From an uncultured virus (IMG/VR IMGVR_UViG_3300014205_000210) (taxonomy: Duplodnaviria; Heunggongvirae; Uroviricota; Caudoviricetes), in the IMG/VR virus record IMGVR_UViG_3300014205_000210, positions 1 to 64,000 of that record: DNA of 64,000 bases. One strand, given 5' to 3'. A model generated the notes under the pieces. That model saw nothing but the letters and a program-made list of their open reading frames with translations. It was not told the origin of the DNA and made no database searches. A program made the position numbers and the translations under genes. Position 1 is the stretch's first letter, and each line of letters opens with the position of its first letter. Shown here piece by piece: positions 16,757 through 25,885 of the stretch.

Positions 16757-19700
16757 TTATACCTTTTCTATATATTTTTTAAGTTCATCATTACGAGCTT
16801 GAATAGAGGCTAATTCTATTTTCCATTCATTTGGATGGTTTTTCCAATAAGCCCATGATTTTCCAAACCCCCATATTTCTCCTAATTTAGTATCTACAGT
16901 TAACTGAACTTTATTTTCTCCTTTATTTTTATAATATGGATAAGACATCCATCTTTCTGAAATTTCTATTGCCTCTTCAATTTCAGGTATATAGAATTCA
17001 CTAACTATTGAATCATGTACATTATTAAGTATACGAGACTTCATATTTTTTTTCTTAAATTCTTTTCTAATATTCCCCATTGCTAAAATTGTAGTTTGCC
17101 CAGAAGTTCCCTGAATCGGAGCATTTATACTTGCATTAACTTGGTTACTTAAAATAGATTTCATTTCACCAAGATATTTTTTCATGAACATATTACCAAA
17201 ATGTTCTTCTAACGTTTTACAAGTTCTATAAGTGAGTCTTGGAAGGCGTCGTTTTCTACCATACATTGTAGTCACATAGCCATGAGTTCCACAAAACTTT
17301 TTGTATTCATCCATATATTGTTTATATTCTGGGTAAGCATCATAAAAAGCTTCTAATAATTGCTCAGCTACTTTTGAATCTATTTTTAATTGTTGGCCTA
17401 ATCCGAAGCCAGTACTTCCATAAAAAGCAGAAAAATTAACTGTTTTTATTTCACCCCTAAAAGATTCAAGAAGTTTTTCTTCTTGGCCTTCAATTTTTGT
17501 TTTATTATATAATCCTTCATAGGTTAAATCGCAGTCATCAAAAAAAGTATAAAGATCAAATTTATCACCATAATGTTCATATAATTTTCTTTCACTCACA
17601 AAACGAGAACTCATCCAAGTAGCTATAGTAAATCTGTCTAGAACTTCTGCTACTTTGGCCCCAGTATAACAATGCATATCTTTATCATTAAGAATTAAAT
17701 CTTCAAGGGGGCCTTTTCCAGAAATTTGAGATCCAATTCTAATTTCCATAGCTTGATAATCTTGCTCAACTAATACAAAACCTTCAGATGGAAGAAAGAT
17801 TTTTCTAAAACTAGGAGTTTTTGGCATATTTTGAAAATTAACCGTAGCATTTAACCCACCACCACCAGACATTCTACCAGTTTTTGTTCCGTATAATTTA
17901 TACCCACCATAAAGACGCCCTTTATAAATAGAGGCTACAAATCCTTTTTTACTAATCTTTATTGCTTCATCTTCGATTTCATCAGCATCTTCAATATTTA
18001 GAAATTCAGGAGTTTCTTCATCTTCTTTTTCACTAGTACTATTATTTAACTTTATACCAAATTGAGAAAGTTCTTTTGTAAGATGATTATACACGATAAT
18101 TTTCTTAGCAAAATCAAGCCCAAAATCAGCATAACAATTCATTGCTTCTTTATTAACTTGAAAGGTTCCAGCTTTTGTTTTAAATTTTTGTTTTTCAGAT
18201 TCAGGTAACTTCCTAAATTTAGAAAGGTCATTTAAAAAGTTAGCAACTACTTCACCTAATTGCAAATTACTTTTTAAATTAAATTCTTTATTTGCTAAGG
18301 TATAAATTTCACTTTTAAGGCCTAAAGCTTGAATTTTTAATGACTCTGCATATTCATCTAATTCTTTTTTGTCAATTTGAGTTCCAGTCATTTCAATATC
18401 AGTAATCATTTCAACTGCAGGCATCATTCGTTGGTAAAAATCTTCTTTTACACAAGAATCTTCTAAATCTAATCTTCTCAAAAAATATGTATATAATTGA
18501 TACGTTATTATAGCATCATAACAAGCATATTTAACTAAAATATCTGTAGGCATTTGAGAAAAATCAGCGACTTTATGCTCTTTTAATTTATAGTCTTTAA
18601 CCCATTGTTTTTGCTCAGCTTCATACCCACCTTCAGTTGTATAAATCCAAGCCAAAGCTTTTAAACTATTTGGACTATTTTCATTTAAAACATGAGCTGC
18701 TAACATTGTATCAAAAGTACATTTGGCTTCACTAATTCCTTTTGCTCTAAGAAATTTTAAGTCAAATTGTGCATTTTGATAAATCCAAGTAATTGCTATA
18801 TTTGAGAAAAAAGAATTTAAAAGTGCTTTATCAATTTTATCAAAAGGCAAAAAATATCCAGTTATACCATCATAAGATAAAGAAATATTATGCAAAGTAT
18901 CTTCAAAATAATTAAATCCACTTGTTTCAGTGTCAATAGCAATTGCAGTAATAGATTTATTATTTATAAGCTCTTGTATAAATTTATTTGGGTCATCAAT
19001 ATAGGTAAATTTTAATTCTTGTTTTCTAATTGGTCTTTCATTTGTAGCTTTTATTGCTCTTATAAGCTGGTCTTTGGACCATTTCCATTCGTAATTATCA
19101 AATCCCTGAGTTTTATAAAGAGGGGCAATCGGAAATACTTTACAATTAAATTCTTTTGAATATAACCAGGAGTCATCAATCATCCAATCTTTTAAAGGAT
19201 TGTTTTCGCCAAGTTCAGATTTATTAATAGGAACAAAAAAATGCCCACCAACATTTTTTTGTTTAATAGCTTCAACAATTTTAAACATTGTATTTTCAGT
19301 AATAGAATATATTGCTCTACCAGTAGTAACAATAATTTTTGGAGCAATAATATCTATAATTTCTTTTACATTTTGTTTTTTACAAGAGACATAAGCCCCA
19401 GCAGCCTCATTAATTTTATAATCTTCACTTGCACAACCAACAGCATGAATAACACCATAAGTAAGTTTATGAACTCGAAATAAATTATCACAGTATTTAT
19501 AAAAAGGCTTTGTCTTTAAATCCTTTTCTGGATGTTCTAAAAGAAGTAAAACATCAATTTTAGTTTTAGAGCAATAATTATAAATTTCTTCTGTTCCAAT
19601 TAGTAACTTAACTAAATTAGCTTTTGAATTAAAAACTCTTAATTCACGAGCTCGACGCAAAGTATCTTGGCAGGCTTTCGCTCCTAAAGGGCACCAACAT

Positions 19701-19879
19701 AGCCCTTCTACATAATTTTCATGGGGTTGTTTTTTTGACTTTAATGGAGCTGGAAGTTTTTGTTGGTTGAAATTTAAAGGTTGAGAAAGTTGAGAAAGTT
19801 CTTGTACAGAACTTTTTTTAATTTTTAAAGAAGATTTTTTTACTTCTTCAGGTTTTTTTTGCTGAAATAATTGGGTCAT
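16757..19879 (-). CDS. polA: family A DNA polymerase with N-terminal UDG-like domain and 3'-5' exonuclease
   Basis: Exo DTETSG, NAQFD, YACYD; TGRMS; motif A DYQAMEIR, B RGEIKTVNFSAFYG, C VHDS. Confidence 0.93.
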   Translation of the reverse strand: MTQLFQQKKPEEVKKSSLKIKKSSVQELSQLSQPLNFNQQKLPAPLKSKKQPHENYVEGLCWCPLGAKACQDTLRRARELRVFNSKANLVKLLIGTEEIYNYCSKTKIDVLLLLEHPEKDLKTKPFYKYCDNLFRVHKLTYGVIHAVGCASEDYKINEAAGAYVSCKKQNVKEIIDIIAPKIIVTTGRAIYSITENTMFKIVEAIKQKNVGGHFFVPINKSELGENNPLKDWMIDDSWLYSKEFNCKVFPIAPLYKTQGFDNYEWKWSKDQLIRAIKATNERPIRKQELKFTYIDDPNKFIQELINNKSITAIAIDTETSGFNYFEDTLHNISLSYDGITGYFLPFDKIDKALLNSFFSNIAITWIYQNAQFDLKFLRAKGISEAKCTFDTMLAAHVLNENSPNSLKALAWIYTTEGGYEAEQKQWVKDYKLKEHKVADFSQMPTDILVKYACYDAIITYQLYTYFLRRLDLEDSCVKEDFYQRMMPAVEMITDIEMTGTQIDKKELDEYAESLKIQALGLKSEIYTLANKEFNLKSNLQLGEVVANFLNDLSKFRKLPESEKQKFKTKAGTFQVNKEAMNCYADFGLDFAKKIIVYNHLTKELSQFGIKLNNSTSEKEDEETPEFLNIEDADEIEDEAIKISKKGFVASIYKGRLYGGYKLYGTKTGRMSGGGGLNATVNFQNMPKTPSFRKIFLPSEGFVLVEQDYQAMEIRIGSQISGKGPLEDLILNDKDMHCYTGAKVAEVLDRFTIATWMSSRFVSERKLYEHYGDKFDLYTFFDDCDLTYEGLYNKTKIEGQEEKLLESFRGEIKTVNFSAFYGSTGFGLGQQLKIDSKVAEQLLEAFYDAYPEYKQYMDEYKKFCGTHGYVTTMYGRKRRLPRLTYRTCKTLEEHFGNMFMKKYLGEMKSILSNQVNASINAPIQGTSGQTTILAMGNIRKEFKKKNMKSRILNNVHDSIVSEFYIPEIEEAIEISERWMSYPYYKNKGENKVQLTVDTKLGEIWGFGKSWAYWKNHPNEWKIELASIQARNDELKKYIEKV

Positions 19880-19881
19880 AA

Positions 19882-20109
19882 TTATTCTATAATTAAATCA
19901 CCTTTTTTCAATTCAAGAGGAGTAAAATCACCTTTTAAAGCATTTGCAGTTTGAAAACTAAAAATAGTATCTTTTTCATGAAGCTTAATATTATTACCAG
20001 AGGTTAAAACAATATTATATAAATTACCCCAAAGATCCTTACCAATATTCTCAATTTTTAAAATTCTTGAGCATTTAAACTTAGTAGATTTTTCGGTAAA
20101 CATTGACAT
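19882..20109 (-). CDS. small protein with weak Hint/intein-like beta pattern
   Basis: LYNIVLTSGNNIKL..ELKKGDLI; AAGGA RBS and class I motif upstream. Confidence 0.5.
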   Translation of the reverse strand: MSMFTEKSTKFKCSRILKIENIGKDLWGNLYNIVLTSGNNIKLHEKDTIFSFQTANALKGDFTPLELKKGDLIIE

Positions 20110-20128
20110 AAGTTTTCCTTATAAATTA

Positions 20129-20138
20129 ATAATACAAA
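20129..20138 (-). promoter_or_regulatory. class I promoter-like motif TTTGTATTAT (polymerase operon)
   Basis: Intergenic, 20 nt upstream of ATG 20109. Confidence 0.6.
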
Positions 20139-20159
20139 ACTAAGAGAATTTATAAACAA

Positions 20160-20663
20160 TTATAAATTTTCAAAAACAGAATAATCTTCAACTACTAATT
20201 TACGAATTTTAACATCACATTCTTTAGCAAAAGTTAAACTTTCGGGGTCTGTTTTATCATAATCATATAAATAAACAATTTCCTTTATTCCGCTAATAAT
20301 CATTAATTTTAAACAATCTTGGCATGGAGATAAAGTTTGGTATACAATTGCTCCATCTAATGAAATACCCTCTTTAGAAGCTCCTCCGAGCAGAGATTGC
20401 TCACTATGAATTTCATATTTTAATGAAAAATTATGGTGGGCTTCTCTCCATTCCTCATGAGTAGCAAAATGGTCTGGGCAAAGAAGTATATTATCATCGC
20501 AGTTAATGAATCCGGGAGGTGTCCCATTAATTCCTGTATATAAAATATGACCCTTTTTAACAGCAACTGCTGCTACTTTAAAGCTCCTACAATGAGACTG
20601 TTTAGAAGCCAAAACAGCTATTTTCATAAACATTAAATCATACTGTTGTTTTTTTGTTTTCAT
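20160..20663 (-). CDS. dCMP deaminase
   Basis: SHC..KV, GINGTPPG, HSE, SPCQDC zinc-deaminase motifs; start likely MKTKK at 20663 (GGAG RBS). Confidence 0.92.
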   Translation of the reverse strand: MKTKKQQYDLMFMKIAVLASKQSHCRSFKVAAVAVKKGHILYTGINGTPPGFINCDDNILLCPDHFATHEEWREAHHNFSLKYEIHSEQSLLGGASKEGISLDGAIVYQTLSPCQDCLKLMIISGIKEIVYLYDYDKTDPESLTFAKECDVKIRKLVVEDYSVFENL

Positions 20664-21360
20664 ACCACTCCACCATATTATGTAATAGTTGAAAATGTTT
20701 TTCATAAATGTGAGCTGTATTAGCTATATAAATTAAAGAGTCTGGTTTTAAATTTGGGTAATATTTTACTAATTCACAAAAAAGTTTATTATATACATGG
20801 CAGTGCCAAAATAAGTCTGAAAAAAAGCCGTATATAAGATCCATAGATCTTTGATTAACAATATAAATTAGCTTATCATCTCGTATAAAATGACTTGTAG
20901 CAAAAGTACACATAAATTCCTGCATTCCATCTCTACAATAATCGTACTGCATCGAAGGTCTATTATAAATCATACAAGATCGACGTGACTCTTTATTTCG
21001 TTTTAATTCTTCTAAAGCATTAGAAAATTGATAATAATTCTCCTTTGAAAAAATACACCATCCATAATTCGAATTTATATTTCCATGTTTATCAGCAATC
21101 TTTTTCCATAGGCCAGCTATATTCCCAATAATGTCTACACTTAATGATTGAGATTCATACCACTTTATTTCTTCTTCACAATATTTAATTGGAGTTTTTC
21201 TAACTCCAAAATCAAGAATGGGTTGTGTAGGGTCTAGTTCAATTTTAAAACCTAAAATTTCAACAGTTTTGCTTCCACTTTTATCAATAACAAAGTCTTC
21301 AGCAAGAAGTTTATTATTTAAGGCTTTAAATATTGGATATAATCTGTTTTCATTTGTCAT
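20638..21360 (-). CDS. dCMP hydroxymethylase (T4 gp42-like, thymidylate synthase fold)
   Basis: Colinear with T4 gp42 as recalled: DFVIDKSG.KTVEI, EIKWY, INSNYGW, SRR..MIYNRPSMQYDY..DGM.EFMCT, RSMD..YGFFSD, HIYEKHF; Asp at the dCMP-specificity position; start likely 21360. Confidence 0.9.
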   Translation of the reverse strand: MTNENRLYPIFKALNNKLLAEDFVIDKSGSKTVEILGFKIELDPTQPILDFGVRKTPIKYCEEEIKWYESQSLSVDIIGNIAGLWKKIADKHGNINSNYGWCIFSKENYYQFSNALEELKRNKESRRSCMIYNRPSMQYDYCRDGMQEFMCTFATSHFIRDDKLIYIVNQRSMDLIYGFFSDLFWHCHVYNKLFCELVKYYPNLKPDSLIYIANTAHIYEKHFQLLHNMVEWYENKKTTV

Positions 21361-22552
21361 ATGAAAATAGCCCTTTAATGTCTTTAATAACATTATCAGA
21401 AATTGATTCAAATGAACTTTCTTTTTTCACAAATTTTTTCATTTTAATACTTGAATCACTCATATTATCTAAGGCCAAATTTAATTTTTCACATATACTT
21501 TCTGGGGCTATAGGAATATCACAATAATATTCATATTTTGATCCACCCCTTTTTGCATATTCAAAAACTTTTGGCATTATAATAGTATTTTCACAATAAA
21601 TAGATTCAAGATTTGCACACCCACCATATCTCTCTATATTATATAAATGAACACTAACCTCAGCTTTCCATAGCAATTCAAAATATTCTTGCCTATTTAA
21701 TGGGTGGTCTTTATAAATTAAAACATTTTTTACATTTTCTTTTAACCATTCAGAAGAATATTTTCCAGATGGGTTTGTAAATATAACTTGAAAATCATTT
21801 CGCTTTTCTGCTAAAAGATTTATTGCTTGTATAAACTCTTCGTGATGAGTATAATTTATTCCTGATAATCTATTTAAGAATAAAATCGTTGGTTTATCAA
21901 ATTTCTCATCAGTTTTATATTTATCAGCTTCTTTAGTAGAAAAACCAAAATCCCATATGGTAGATTTATTTTTTATAGCACTAGTATATTTACCATTAAA
22001 TTTCTTTCTTGCATTTTGAATAAAAGCTTTTTTTGTAGATTTACAAGTAAAAACAGCTAAATCACTGCATTCAAATCCATCGAACTGACGCCAATCATAA
22101 GAAATATTTTTGTCTATTTTTTCTTCCCCTATTTCAGGGGCATCTAGCCAATAGCAACAGGAAATTAATTTTGTTTCTTTGCTCTTATACCATAAATAAG
22201 TTTTAATATTTCTTGAAAGTTCTGTTATATTATTCCAAACTACATCAATTTTTGGTAATGGCTTAAACATTGAGTCAAAATCACCAATATTAAAATGTTG
22301 GCGATTGAAAAAAGCATCCACAATAAAATTATAAGGTACCCAATGAATTCGTTCATTAGAGTCTAAAAGTTCATCATAAGATTTTATATCAGCAAAATCG
22401 TTTAATGGGGCAATTAATATATAAAAATGCCAATCAGTTTTTTCAAGAAGCTCTCTTAAAATTCCGCCCATCATATTAATATTACTATCAGAAGAAATCC
22501 ATTTTCCTTCATTATTATAAATTGACTGCTGCAAAATATATAATATATTCAT
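21350..22552 (-). CDS. GT-B fold glycosyltransferase, probable DNA/nucleotide-modifying
   Basis: 400 aa; MNILYI N-terminal strand, PTILFLNR, RQEYFELL..AEVSV..ERYGG.ANLESI GT-B C-domain signature; overlaps the hydroxymethylase start. Confidence 0.8.
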   Translation of the reverse strand: MNILYILQQSIYNNEGKWISSDSNINMMGGILRELLEKTDWHFYILIAPLNDFADIKSYDELLDSNERIHWVPYNFIVDAFFNRQHFNIGDFDSMFKPLPKIDVVWNNITELSRNIKTYLWYKSKETKLISCCYWLDAPEIGEEKIDKNISYDWRQFDGFECSDLAVFTCKSTKKAFIQNARKKFNGKYTSAIKNKSTIWDFGFSTKEADKYKTDEKFDKPTILFLNRLSGINYTHHEEFIQAINLLAEKRNDFQVIFTNPSGKYSSEWLKENVKNVLIYKDHPLNRQEYFELLWKAEVSVHLYNIERYGGCANLESIYCENTIIMPKVFEYAKRGGSKYEYYCDIPIAPESICEKLNLALDNMSDSSIKMKKFVKKESSFESISDNVIKDIKGLFSYDK

Positions 22553-23049
22553 TAAATAAACTCCAAAATAGTTGTAATTTGATTCTCTAAATTTTCATCT
22601 GTAGTATCTAAAAATAAAACTGGGTTTACTGACTCTTTAAAAAATTTTTGGTAAGCTTTTTGTACATTTTTAATATCTTTTTTTTGTAAATATTCATCAA
22701 TATAATTTTTATATTCAGTTTTATAGCAATAAATATAATGTAAATTTACTTCTCTAAATTTTTTATCTTGCATAAAAATAAAATCTAAGTCAGTAATTCT
22801 TCCAAGTCCTTGAGAATAAGCAAACTCACAGCAGTCTCCGCGATCTCGTATAACAGAATACCTTGTTTGCTTCAAGAAATTAAAAAAGAAAGAAGATTCA
22901 TAATGTAAGGCTTCATAATAATCTCTATTAAAATTGTGCTCCATAGGGTTTTTGAAATATGGTATTTCTAACCGTTGACTAAGTTCAGTTGCTATTGTAG
23001 TTTTTCCACTCTTATCTACTCCGCCAAATACTATGGTAATTTGTCTCAT
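22552..23049 (-). CDS. thymidylate-kinase-like nucleotide kinase
   Basis: GGVDKSGKTT P-loop, IRDR motif, LDTT. Confidence 0.8.
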   Translation of the reverse strand: MRQITIVFGGVDKSGKTTIATELSQRLEIPYFKNPMEHNFNRDYYEALHYESSFFFNFLKQTRYSVIRDRGDCCEFAYSQGLGRITDLDFIFMQDKKFREVNLHYIYCYKTEYKNYIDEYLQKKDIKNVQKAYQKFFKESVNPVLFLDTTDENLENQITTILEFI

Positions 23050-23606
23050 TTTATAGCTTCTCGCAATTTTTTGGCTTGTTCATTATAGGCATCAACTCCA
23101 ACATTATATGAGAAAGCTGCTGGGTGATAAAAAGTTTTGTACGGAATTTTTATATCACTACTTTTTATGAAAGCATTTGCTTCAGCCCCAAAACTTAATA
23201 TAACTTTAGGCTTTATTATATCTAATTGAATATTTAGAAAATTTCTGCAATTTATAATTTCTTCTTTATTTAATTTTGAATTACTAGGTGAAGAGCATTT
23301 ACAAATATTAACAAAAAACATCCTATTCATTATAAAGTCTTTTCCAAAAATATTTTCAACATATTTTCCTACATTACAAATTAACCAATTCTTTTTATAT
23401 GTTTCTAAAAATTCTTGACTTTGAACTTCAGTATATGAATGTTCTAAGCCAGGATTTCTCATTAGCATAAAAATATCAAGTTTTTCTGGATCTCCATAGT
23501 AAATATGTGGGTATGGAATTGGAGTAACTTCCCTTAATCTAGTACATACATTGCAATTTAATATAGCCTTTTCGAGTCTTTGTAATTGTAATAATTTTGA
23601 AGACAT
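23046..23606 (-). CDS. uracil-DNA glycosylase superfamily protein (family 4-like, Fe-S), divergent motif A
   Basis: CNVC, NICKC, EIINC, IKPKVILSFG, YHPA; motif A reads MRNPG instead of GE[A/G]PG. Confidence 0.8.
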   Translation of the reverse strand: MSSKLLQLQRLEKAILNCNVCTRLREVTPIPYPHIYYGDPEKLDIFMLMRNPGLEHSYTEVQSQEFLETYKKNWLICNVGKYVENIFGKDFIMNRMFFVNICKCSSPSNSKLNKEEIINCRNFLNIQLDIIKPKVILSFGAEANAFIKSSDIKIPYKTFYHPAAFSYNVGVDAYNEQAKKLREAIK

Positions 23607-24634
23607 TATACTTTTCCCAGTTTAATCATCTCTCTAACCCAAGGAATTACTTCATCACGCAATATATTTTCTAAAAGTGTTTTAGACTCAAAGTTTAATA
23701 TTTCTTTAGCTTTAATAGTGTCAGGAATTCTACACTGTACATCATACTTAAAAGGCTTGTCTGAAATATAAGAAAATTCCTTTTCAGGCTGAATTAAATT
23801 CCAAATTATTTTGGCTAATTCTAGTACAGTAAGCCCTCTATTAGTACTTAAATTAAAATCCTCGTTCAAAGCTTTTTCAGAAAAAATCGCTTTTTCTATT
23901 CCATCAGCAAGATCATTAGCTGGAGTATAGTATCGTATTTGATTTCCATCACCTAAAATCCTAAGCGGGTTTTGCCCCTTAATTATTTTTTGAATAAAAT
24001 CAACTACTACATGGCTCATTGCTAATTCTATAGTGCCACTCATTACTTTCTCATCTACTTTGGCTTTTTGTTCTCCCAAACCCACAGCATTAAAGGGGCG
24101 TATAATAGTGTAAGGCAAACCATATTGCTCATAATACCCTTGACAAAAATACTCAACAGATAATTTTTGAAACCCATATGTAGAAAGAGGAGGAGAAATT
24201 TTTCTTTCATCTCCTTCTTTTGAAGGAAATTTAGTGGCAGATTCATAAACCATGCTAGAAGATATTGCTAGTATTTTTTTTAAGAAGCCTTTTTTATAAG
24301 CATAAATTGCTGTTTTAAAAAAAGTAGAACAAATTTCTTCATTTTCTGAAATTAAGTCTCCAGCTAACTTATGAAAAAAACTTATACCACCGATCAAAGC
24401 GGCTCCATTAACCATAATTTCAGGCTTATAAAACCATACAAGAAATTTCATAAGAAATTTATTTTTAGCATCCATATAAAAATGATGATAATTTTTATGG
24501 GTATGATAACTTTTTTTTATTTTCCCATATTTCCAATTATTATCAATTCCAATTACTATATGGCCTTTATCAAGGAGATTTTGAATAGCATATCCAGCAA
24601 TAAAACCTTTATCACCTGTCCAAAATATTCTCAT
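23606..24634 (-). CDS. NAD-dependent nucleotide-sugar epimerase/dehydratase/decarboxylase (extended SDR)
   Basis: TGDKGFIAG, ISSSMVY, YGFQK (YxxxK), RPFN, GDGNQIR. Confidence 0.9.
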   Translation of the reverse strand: MRIFWTGDKGFIAGYAIQNLLDKGHIVIGIDNNWKYGKIKKSYHTHKNYHHFYMDAKNKFLMKFLVWFYKPEIMVNGAALIGGISFFHKLAGDLISENEEICSTFFKTAIYAYKKGFLKKILAISSSMVYESATKFPSKEGDERKISPPLSTYGFQKLSVEYFCQGYYEQYGLPYTIIRPFNAVGLGEQKAKVDEKVMSGTIELAMSHVVVDFIQKIIKGQNPLRILGDGNQIRYYTPANDLADGIEKAIFSEKALNEDFNLSTNRGLTVLELAKIIWNLIQPEKEFSYISDKPFKYDVQCRIPDTIKAKEILNFESKTLLENILRDEVIPWVREMIKLGKV

Positions 24635-24641
24635 AATACCT

Positions 24642-25877
24642 CTAAAAATAATTTAAAAGTTTTTTATTAAGTATTCCCCAACCATCAATTACTATTTTAT
24701 TTTTTAATATAGATAAATCAATGGTATAATATGATTTATGATTTATTGCAATAATAAGTATATCACTATTTTTAATAACTTCTTGTAGTTCTTTATTATA
24801 AAATTTATAATTATTATAAAAATCATCTACAGGGCCATGAGGCAAATTCGGCTCATTAATATATATTTCATTTGGAATATATCGATTTATATACCTTATT
24901 AATTTTGGGGTTAAATTATCTCGAGTATCATCAGTATCAGCCTTAAAAGTATACCCAAGAATTCCAATATTTTTATTTTTAATTTTATCTTTAAGAAGGT
25001 CAACATAAAATTTTGGCCCAAATTCATTAACTTTATAAGAACTCATTAGTAAATCTGATTGTGAAAAATTTTCATTTATCATCCCCCAATCTTTTACCAA
25101 ACAAGTTCCCTTGCTAAATCCAGGTTTTAATAGTCCTTTATTTCGTGGATAATCTTTATTCATTATTTTTAATAATGTATATATATCAACTCCAAAAGAA
25201 TCTGCAATATAAGAAAAATAATTTGGAATTGACATATTTATATATCTAAAAATATTTGTAAATAATTTAGCTAATTCAGCTTCTTCAGGAGTACATTGGA
25301 TAATGTCAACTCCAAAAACTGAAAATATATTTTTTGCTCGTAAATACGAAGCCTCATCATAGGTTCCAATAATTTGAGGAAGTGTACTTAATTCTTCATA
25401 AGCCTTTCCTTCAGCTAATCGTTCAGGGCACATAGCCAAATAAAAATCTTTTCCACAAACCATTTTTGTTTTATTTTCAATATACTCTTTAATAAATTTT
25501 GTGGTGTTAGGAGCTACTGTAGATCTAAGAACTATGAGAATATCTTTTAATATGGCTTTCTGAACTAAATTATCAATCACTCCTTTTACTTGAGATAAAT
25601 CAGTCTCAATATGCTGCATTAATGGGGTTCCAACAGTAATAATAAAAGCCTTACTTTCTGGATACCATAAAAGAAGAGAAGCATCTAATATTTGTATTTT
25701 TGACTTTTCAAGAAGTTTATCATACCCGGGTTCTAAAAAAGGCATTTTTTTATTATTAACAGAATTAATTAGGTCTCTATTTAAATCAATAGCCTCAACC
25801 GCTAAACCTTTTTCTTCTAATGATAAAGCTAAAGGAAGGCCCACTCTACCACATCCAATAATAGTTACATCAAACAT
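24642..25877 (-). CDS. UDP-N-acetylhexosamine-type nucleotide-sugar 6-dehydrogenase (WecC/WbpA-like)
   Basis: IGCGRVGLP, VGTP, RSTV, CPERLAEG, KLFTNIFR, GTCLVKD, GYTFKADTDDTR. Confidence 0.9.
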   Translation of the reverse strand: MFDVTIIGCGRVGLPLALSLEEKGLAVEAIDLNRDLINSVNNKKMPFLEPGYDKLLEKSKIQILDASLLLWYPESKAFIITVGTPLMQHIETDLSQVKGVIDNLVQKAILKDILIVLRSTVAPNTTKFIKEYIENKTKMVCGKDFYLAMCPERLAEGKAYEELSTLPQIIGTYDEASYLRAKNIFSVFGVDIIQCTPEEAELAKLFTNIFRYINMSIPNYFSYIADSFGVDIYTLLKIMNKDYPRNKGLLKPGFSKGTCLVKDWGMINENFSQSDLLMSSYKVNEFGPKFYVDLLKDKIKNKNIGILGYTFKADTDDTRDNLTPKLIRYINRYIPNEIYINEPNLPHGPVDDFYNNYKFYNKELQEVIKNSDILIIAINHKSYYTIDLSILKNKIVIDGWGILNKKLLNYF

Positions 25878-25885
25878 AATCTCTC

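Noticed and set aside
20638..21360. Calling this gene thymidylate synthase or dUMP hydroxymethylase (hmU phage, suggested by dCMP deaminase and the SPO1-like polymerase architecture)
   Set aside because: The sequence follows T4 gp42 closely and has Asp (GFFSD) at the position that selects dCMP; a dCMP hydroxylase variant cannot be excluded.
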